64,000 nucleotides of DNA from positions 74,643 to 138,642 of the forward strand of contig CAZWJT010000002.1 of NCBI GenBank assembly GCA_964634935.1, read 5' to 3'. A program made the position numbers and the translations under genes. The first letter of the stretch is position 1, and each line of letters opens with the position of its first letter. Positions 58,154 to 64,000 of the stretch are shown here, piece after piece. The DNA is from an uncultured Planctomycetia bacterium (GTDB lineage Bacteria > Omnitrophota > Gorgyraeia > Duberdicusellales > Duberdicusellaceae). The notes below the pieces were generated by a model that was not told the origin of the DNA, ran no database searches, and saw only the letters and a program-made list of their open reading frames with translations.

Positions 58154-58826
58154 TGATTTTCTAAAGCTCAGTCGTATCGGAAAGGTGTTTTCTGACGCTC
58201 AGCAGAGAGTCTGTGCGCTCCAAGATATTTCCTTCTCGATGACCCAGGGAGAATATTGCGCTCTTCTGGGTCCTTCCGGTTCGGGAAAATCAACTTTGTT
58301 GCATATTATTGGGGGATTGGAGTTTCCTACAACCGGAGAGATATTTTTCAACGGCGTGAATCTTGATAAAATGCCGGCACGGGATAAAATCTTTTTCCGG
58401 ATAGCTTCTTGTGGCTTTGTCTTTCAATTCTACCATTTAATTGCTGAACTTACCGTACTTGAAAATGTCATGCTTCCGGCACTTTTAACCTCGATGAATC
58501 GAAAGCAAGCAATCGATCGCGCCAAAGACATTATTCAAGAGCTTGGTATTTTGGATCGAATCTCAGCTTATCCGGCACAACTTTCCGGAGGGGAGAAGCA
58601 GCGTACCGCTTTTGCCCGAGCCCTTGTCAACCGGCCAAAATTACTTCTCTGTGACGAGCCGACGGGCAATCTTGATCCTGAAGCAGCGGGAATTGTTCGT
58701 AATTTACTTTTGCGAATTAACCAAGAAGAAAAAATAGCCATTGTTCTGGTGACTCACAATTTAGAACTTGCAAAAGATGCAAAAAGAGTGTTAAATATAC
58801 GCAGTGGAATTTTACTTTCGCAATGA
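58146..58826 (+). CDS. lolD: ABC transporter ATP-binding protein (LolD-type)
   Basis: GPSGSGKST Walker A, LSGGEKQR signature and LLCDEPTGNLD Walker B. Confidence 0.85.
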   Translation: MNSDFLKLSRIGKVFSDAQQRVCALQDISFSMTQGEYCALLGPSGSGKSTLLHIIGGLEFPTTGEIFFNGVNLDKMPARDKIFFRIASCGFVFQFYHLIAELTVLENVMLPALLTSMNRKQAIDRAKDIIQELGILDRISAYPAQLSGGEKQRTAFARALVNRPKLLLCDEPTGNLDPEAAGIVRNLLLRINQEEKIAIVLVTHNLELAKDAKRVLNIRSGILLSQ

Positions 58827-58871
58827 AAAATGTTGCAGAAGATAATCTGATTGATGAAAAAGGAGTGTTCA

Positions 58872-59747
58872 ATGAAAGTTTTCATTAATGGTTTATTTTA
58901 CGATCGTTCTGAAGCCAAAATCAGCGTTTTTGATCATGGTTTTTTGTATGGAGACGGGGTTTTTGAGGGAATTCGTTCTTATAATTGCTTAATTTTTAAA
59001 CTCGAAGCTCACATCGAACGGCTCTTTAATTCCGCAAAGAGTATTAACTTGAAGATTCCAGTGAGTCGGAAAGAAATTATCAGCGCAGTTATTCAGACGC
59101 TTCAGGTTAATGAATTACGTGATGCCTACATTCGGTTGATTATCACCCGTGGAGAAGGGGATTTAGGCTTAGATCCCCGTAAGTGCTCCGGTAAGCCTGG
59201 TCTTATTGTTATAACCGACAAGATCGCTCTTTACCCAGAAAAACTCTACCGGGAAGGAATGAAGATTATCACCGTTCCTACCGTGCGGAATCTTCCGGAA
59301 GCGCTCAATCCACAGATCAAGTCGCTCAACTATCTGAACAATATTTTAGCGAAGATGGAGGCAGTGAATTGCGGTTTCGAAGAAGCAATCATGCTTGATT
59401 CTCTCGGGTATGTTGCGGAGTGTACAGGGGACAATATTTTTATCGTTAAAGGTGGTAAGGTTTATACTCCTCCTCAGTGTATGGGTACGTTACGCGGCAT
59501 TACTCGTGATGCAATTTTGGATATTGCCAAAACTCAGAAGGTTCCGACCAATGAACACGTGATCACCCGGCATGAAGTGTATATTAGCGATGAATGTTTT
59601 TTAACTGGCACCGCGGCCGAAATTATTCCGATTATTGAAGTCGATGGCCGAGTTATAGGTGATGGAAAACCCGGAAAATTTACGAAAATGTTTTTACGCA
59701 AGTTCCATGCGTATACCAAAACTCACGGAACGCGCTATATCTTGTAA
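58872..59747 (+). CDS. ilvE: Class IV aminotransferase (branched-chain amino acid aminotransferase-like)
   Basis: FGDGVFEGIRSY and the E..N.F motif. 291 aa. A D-amino acid aminotransferase cannot be excluded. Confidence 0.65.
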   Translation: MKVFINGLFYDRSEAKISVFDHGFLYGDGVFEGIRSYNCLIFKLEAHIERLFNSAKSINLKIPVSRKEIISAVIQTLQVNELRDAYIRLIITRGEGDLGLDPRKCSGKPGLIVITDKIALYPEKLYREGMKIITVPTVRNLPEALNPQIKSLNYLNNILAKMEAVNCGFEEAIMLDSLGYVAECTGDNIFIVKGGKVYTPPQCMGTLRGITRDAILDIAKTQKVPTNEHVITRHEVYISDECFLTGTAAEIIPIIEVDGRVIGDGKPGKFTKMFLRKFHAYTKTHGTRYIL

Positions 59748-59763
59748 GACAACCCTCGTATAC

Positions 59764-61617
59764 TTACTTCATCCATCGCCGATACCACAATTCCAGCGTT
59801 AAGAGTGACCAGATATTATTGTGGAGATCTTCTTTTCCGGAAATATGTGAATCGAGATACCGGCTTATGGTTTTTTGGTTGAGAATTCCGCCTTGGGCCA
59901 GAGCGCTGTCAGCGAGATTTTTTCTTACGAACTCTTTTAGTCCTCCTCGAAGCCATTCTGCCAACGGTATGCCAAACCCATGCTTTTTCCGATAGACCAG
60001 GCTCTTCGGAAGATAACGCGATAAAATTTGTTTTAAAATTATCTTTGTATCGAAAAAGCTTATTTTTTTCCTCGAAGGAATAGAATCGGCAAATGCGGAT
60101 AAATCGATATCAAGGAATGGACAGCGTATTTCCAGCGAATTATGCATCGAGGTTCGATCGATCTTAACGAGAAACGAGTCACGCATACGCCGATTAAAAT
60201 CGATACTCATTGCTGTGTTGAGTAAATCATTCGATTCATGATATTGTTTTGGTAGCTGATATTCAGGTTTTTTTGACAAACCAAGAATAAGCGCAGGAAT
60301 TTCATACGGCTTGTAAGCAGAATCCCAGAAGAAACCGCGAAAATTCCACGGATATTCAAGGCCTTCAAAAAAATTACGGATTATTCTTCGTGAGCCTTTA
60401 CGCAGCTGACCATGAAAATATCCGGCAAGGCGGGTTTTTAGTCCCTGAGAAAAGTAGTCAAAGAACCTACTGATTTTTAATGCGCTATATTTTGGGTATC
60501 CAGCAAACAATTCATCGCCGCCATCGCCCGAAAGAGCAACCTTAACCGTTGTTTTTGCAAATCGGCTTAGCAGGAGAAGGGGGAGTATTGAATAATCGCA
60601 GAGCGGGTTTTCGGCTATTTCTCCCAGATGCGGCATAAGGTTGAGACAATCCTGGTATGAGAAGAGTTGTACGGTGTGTGGTAGTTTGAAGTGTTCGGCA
60701 ACCTTCCGTGCGTACTCGCTTTCATTCGAAGAATTTTCGGTAAACCCGATACTGAAACTATCGATATTTTTTCTCAGATGACGCGTGAGCGTAGCGGCGA
60801 TGAGAGATGAGTCAATGCCGCCGCTTAAGAATAGGCCAATTGGCACATCACTGACCAAGCGTTTTTTGACAGCAGAGATTATTTTTTCTTCGACGCTATC
60901 GAGGAGCGCCGTTGTTTGCGTGGGTAATTGAAATGGCGTATCTATGGTAAGACAAAACGGTTGTGTTGTGGATGTGTTTTTCTCGTCGGCATAGAAGAAG
61001 CTGCCTGCTTCCACCGAATAGATATTCTGGAAAATCGTTTTTGGTTCTGGGATAAAACCGTACGTAAAGTAGGCGGCAAGCGCATCCGGCGCTATTGTTC
61101 GTGAAATAGCAGGTATCGCAAGCAAAGCCTTTATTTCGGAAGCAAACACAAATAGAGATTGATCAGAGTAATAGAAGAGAGGTTTTTTCCCAATTCTGTC
61201 TCGCGCAAGAAAAAAAGTGTTTTTTTGTGTATCGAGTATGCAAAAAGCGAACATTCCATCGAGATATTGAAACATCGCTTCACCAAATTCTTCATAGAGG
61301 TGGACCAGTACTTCGGTGTCAGAATTGGAACAAAATCTGTGGTTTAATTGAATGAGGGTTTTGCGAATTTCCCGAAAGTTATAAATTTCCCCGTTAAAGA
61401 CAACCCATATCGTTTTTGTCTCGTTGCTGCATGGCTGGGTTCCTTGCGGAATATCAATGATGCTGAGTCGACAATTTCCGATGGCAAACTTTCCGTGATG
61501 CGTTTCTCCGTATGCGTCTGGTCCTCGGTGCCGTATGGTTTCACAGAGTGTGCGCACATGGAAAGGCTGTATTGGAGTATTGGTATTTCTGAGTATGTAA
61601 CCTGCAATCCCACACAT
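59764..61617 (-). CDS. asnB: Asparagine synthase (glutamine-hydrolysing)
   Basis: N-terminal MCGIAGY glutamine amidotransferase Cys and SGGIDSS PP-loop. Confidence 0.85.
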   Translation of the reverse strand: MCGIAGYILRNTNTPIQPFHVRTLCETIRHRGPDAYGETHHGKFAIGNCRLSIIDIPQGTQPCSNETKTIWVVFNGEIYNFREIRKTLIQLNHRFCSNSDTEVLVHLYEEFGEAMFQYLDGMFAFCILDTQKNTFFLARDRIGKKPLFYYSDQSLFVFASEIKALLAIPAISRTIAPDALAAYFTYGFIPEPKTIFQNIYSVEAGSFFYADEKNTSTTQPFCLTIDTPFQLPTQTTALLDSVEEKIISAVKKRLVSDVPIGLFLSGGIDSSLIAATLTRHLRKNIDSFSIGFTENSSNESEYARKVAEHFKLPHTVQLFSYQDCLNLMPHLGEIAENPLCDYSILPLLLLSRFAKTTVKVALSGDGGDELFAGYPKYSALKISRFFDYFSQGLKTRLAGYFHGQLRKGSRRIIRNFFEGLEYPWNFRGFFWDSAYKPYEIPALILGLSKKPEYQLPKQYHESNDLLNTAMSIDFNRRMRDSFLVKIDRTSMHNSLEIRCPFLDIDLSAFADSIPSRKKISFFDTKIILKQILSRYLPKSLVYRKKHGFGIPLAEWLRGGLKEFVRKNLADSALAQGGILNQKTISRYLDSHISGKEDLHNNIWSLLTLELWYRRWMK

Positions 61618-61752
61618 AATTTTATTATAACGTTTGTTCAGCGTACATCAATTAAATTATCATATAAAGCATTGAAATTTATCATGATCAATAGTAAAAT
61701 ACAAATACATATTGTTCGATCTTTTACGGATAATCGCAAATGGGAGGTATTG

Positions 61753-61917
61753 ATGAAAAAATATGAATGTACACTCTGTGGATATATTTATGATCCTCAA
61801 AAAGGAGATCCGGATGCCGGGATTGTTCCAAATACCCCTTTTGAGAAATTACCTGATGATTGGGTCTGTCCGCTCTGCGGAGCAGGAAAGAGCGATTTTG
61901 TTCCTCTTGAAGAATAA
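61753..61917 (+). CDS. rd: Rubredoxin
   Basis: 54 aa. CTLCGYIYD...[10 protein letters not shown] has the two CxxCG knuckles. The track ORF 61348-61917 is a spurious 5' extension. Confidence 0.85.
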   Translation: MKKYECTLCGYIYDPQKGDPDAGIVPNTPFEKLPDDWVCPLCGAGKSDFVPLEE

Positions 61918-61968
61918 AAGTGTGAAGAATTTTTATCTTACCGGGAAAAAGGGAAGAAATTAATCGGT

Positions 61969-63144
61969 ATGGCAATGAGGCAGGTCAACGAGAACATATT
62001 TTCAGTGGGGGCTCAAGACTGGGATAGAAGGATTTTTGATGAACTGATTCCCTTGCCTGATGGAACAAGCTATAATTCGTATCTTGTTCGTGGCAGCCAA
62101 AAAACAGCCCTTGTTGATACGGTTGATCCAACAAAAGTGACAGAGTTACTTGCGAACTTAAAGAAGTTTGAAAATCTGACGTTGGATTATGTGATTGTGA
62201 ATCACGCTGAACAAGACCATTCTGGAGGATTGCCCTTTGTTCTTCAGTCCTATCCACATGCAAAAGTTGTGACGAATGTAAAATGCAAGGAATTTCTGAA
62301 GGATCATCTGGCTATTCCGGAAGAGCGTTTTTTCCTTATTGATGCTGCGACAAAACTTTCTTTGGGTGATAAAACCTTTTCTTTTTTTCTTACTCCATGG
62401 GTTCATTGGCCGGAAACGATGGTGAGTTTTCTTGAACAAGATCGGATACTATTTTCCTGTGATTTATTCGGGTCGCATCTGGCTTCTTCTGAGCTATTTG
62501 TTTCTGATTTTTCTTCGATTCACCCATGCGCAAAACGATACTATGCTGAGATTATGATGCCGTTTCGCAAACAGATTACCGGATATTTGGAAGTTGTTAA
62601 CAGCCTGGCTCCAACTTTTATCGCTCCAAGTCATGGCCCAGTTTATCACGATCCAAAACAAATTCTGCAGGCATATTCAAGCTGGGTTGGGGATGCAGCT
62701 AAAAATTTAGTTTTAATACCGTATATATCGATGCACGGCAGCACCAAGCTTATGGCCGAACGATTGACTCAATTTCTTGAAGAAAGGAAGGTTCCGGTAA
62801 AACTTTTGAATCTGCGCGTAACTGATATTGGGGAGTTTGCGATGGAGCTGGTTGATGCTGCAACTGTGGTTTTTGCGTCTCCCACGGTTCTTACCGGGGC
62901 CCATCCTGTCATCGTGGGAGCAGTCTATTTAATGAATGCACTTCGACCGAAGACAAAATTCATTGCTTATATTGGTTCATATGGCTGGGGAGGAAAACTG
63001 ATCGAAAGCTTGCAAGCATTGTCCAGCTCGCTTCATGCGGAGCGATTACCGAGCCTTCTGGTGAAAGGTTGTCCGGGCGAAAATGATTTTCAGAAACTTT
63101 CCGAGTTGGCGGATACTATTTTACAAAAACATTCGTTACTCTGA
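61969..63144 (+). CDS. fprA: Flavodiiron protein (FprA / rubredoxin:oxygen oxidoreductase type)
   Basis: Metallo-beta-lactamase-like N-terminal domain with HAEQDH (HxExDH) diiron motif, and a C-terminal flavodoxin-like domain. Confidence 0.85.
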   Translation: MAMRQVNENIFSVGAQDWDRRIFDELIPLPDGTSYNSYLVRGSQKTALVDTVDPTKVTELLANLKKFENLTLDYVIVNHAEQDHSGGLPFVLQSYPHAKVVTNVKCKEFLKDHLAIPEERFFLIDAATKLSLGDKTFSFFLTPWVHWPETMVSFLEQDRILFSCDLFGSHLASSELFVSDFSSIHPCAKRYYAEIMMPFRKQITGYLEVVNSLAPTFIAPSHGPVYHDPKQILQAYSSWVGDAAKNLVLIPYISMHGSTKLMAERLTQFLEERKVPVKLLNLRVTDIGEFAMELVDAATVVFASPTVLTGAHPVIVGAVYLMNALRPKTKFIAYIGSYGWGGKLIESLQALSSSLHAERLPSLLVKGCPGENDFQKLSELADTILQKHSLL

Positions 63145-63220
63145 AGAGTAACCGTTCAGAATTAACAAGATTTTCTGGGTTCGTACAACGATAGAACATG
63201 ATGATAAAAAAGGAGCTCCA

Positions 63221-64000
63221 ATGAAATTGAAAATGTTTTCATTTGAGCGTTTAAGTCTTATTCGTAAAGTTTCGGTCGCAGCCGTCCTGATTTCCATCAT
63301 GCCGCTCATTGTTCTTGGTTCTATGATGCTTCAAAAGACGCTTCCTCCTCTTGTGATTGCGCTGGTGGGGGTGAATATTCTTTTGGGCTGGGGCATTATT
63401 TTTGAGGTGATTCTTGCGATTACGCGACTTTTGCGTCAGGCAAAAGAAGTTATCAATATTTCCTATGATGATCCGGATGAGCAAAATGAAGTGCGCATTC
63501 TTGGCGCGATGTTTAACCGTGTTTCCGGAAAGATTAAAGGGAGTTTTGATCAGCTGCGCGAAGTGACTGCCCAGGCGAATCAACTGAATCGCGACATTAT
63601 GAAAAAAATGTCCATTTCTTCAGCTGTTTTACAGGCAAACAGCATTGCTTCCGAGTCATCTGATATATCGCAGGCGCTGTCATATATTTTGGGAAGCATG
63701 AAAGAGATTACCGGCACGGATGCCGCCGTCTTTTTTTTACGTGAAGGAAAGACAAATATATTTCAGCTCTACGCAAATGTCGGCATTAAGAAAAATCTGC
63801 AAGGAATTGAGGCTGATAAATCGGGATTGGACAATCTCATAGAAGGGAATAAAAAAATTCTCGTTGACGCTCGTCATCCTGCCCGGGGACACTTACAAAA
63901 TTTCATTCAGGCCCAACTCATGTGTGAAGCGATGGTATTTGCTCCAATTGCACTTCAGCGAAAAGTTATCGGATTTCTCGCGATCGGCAGCATGAATAAG
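63221..64000 (+). CDS. Membrane sensor protein with GAF-like domain (partial, runs off the window)
   Basis: RBS AAGGAG and ATG at 63221. One or two TM segments, a coiled-coil/HAMP-like segment, then a GAF-like region (VFAPIALQRKVIGFLAIG). Not in the ORF track because there is no stop codon within the window. Confidence 0.5.
   Translation, partial: MKLKMFSFERLSLIRKVSVAAVLISIMPLIVLGSMMLQKTLPPLVIALVGVNILLGWGIIFEVILAITRLLRQAKEVINISYDDPDEQNEVRILGAMFNRVSGKIKGSFDQLREVTAQANQLNRDIMKKMSISSAVLQANSIASESSDISQALSYILGSMKEITGTDAAVFFLREGKTNIFQLYANVGIKKNLQGIEADKSGLDNLIEGNKKILVDARHPARGHLQNFIQAQLMCEAMVFAPIALQRKVIGFLAIGSMNK

Noticed and set aside
61348-61917. 189-aa ORF in the track ending with a rubredoxin sequence
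   Set aside because: The first about 135 codons overlap the 5' end of asnB on the opposite strand and have no RBS. The genuine gene is the 54-aa rubredoxin starting at ATG 61753, which has its own RBS.

Overview
This is a low-GC (~42%) bacterial chromosome segment that looks anaerobic, with about 65 densely packed genes and no rRNA, tRNA, CRISPR or mobile elements that I could see. Reading left to right, the gene content is as follows.

- A MATE efflux pump and two tandem sodium:solute symporters (the first preceded by a 56-aa membrane ORF that the ORF track missed).
- A minor-pilin cluster: two pseudopilins, a PilX-like 552-aa protein and an opposite-strand pilin.
- An M42 peptidase, followed by a small islet of secreted proteins (YwqK/MORN repeat protein, a TIGR04073-like small protein, a PilZ protein and a BamE-like protein).
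- An Rnf cluster in the unusual order rnfG-D-E-A-B with no rnfC.
- A 997-aa GAF-PAS-GGDEF-HD-GYP c-di-GMP protein.
- An accessory-looking block: DUF2934, a LysW-like zinc-ribbon acidic carrier protein, a secreted protein, two tandem Ddl-like ATP-grasp ligases, a GNAT, and an overlapping PEGA/family-2 glycosyltransferase pair.
- An [FeFe]-hydrogenase operon: NuoE-like HydC, a 1048-aa HydB fused to a GltD-like NAD(P)H/FAD domain, and HydA carrying a non-canonical TSCSPGW L1 motif. It is followed by an aspartase-like gene, hydF and an orphan radical-SAM/SPASM gene.
- A string of small redox and miscellaneous enzymes, including an orphan TrpB2.
- A Ser/Gly/Tyr-repeat secreted protein next to a PMT/ArnT-like glycosyltransferase with TPR repeats.
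- The contiguous operon argCJBDFGH-lysA-dapF, then ccdA with a TlpA-like thioredoxin, a PncB-PncA fusion, lysS, lolCD, ilvE, asnB on the minus strand, a rubredoxin plus flavodiiron pair, and a partial GAF sensor.

The candidates most likely to be undescribed biology are:
- the LysW-like carrier / dual ATP-grasp / GNAT module;
- the GltD-fused 'group A2-like' [FeFe]-hydrogenase with its altered H-cluster motif and its aspartase/HydF/radical-SAM neighbourhood;
- the rnfC-less Rnf cluster.

All calls rest on motif recognition by eye. No database searches were run.
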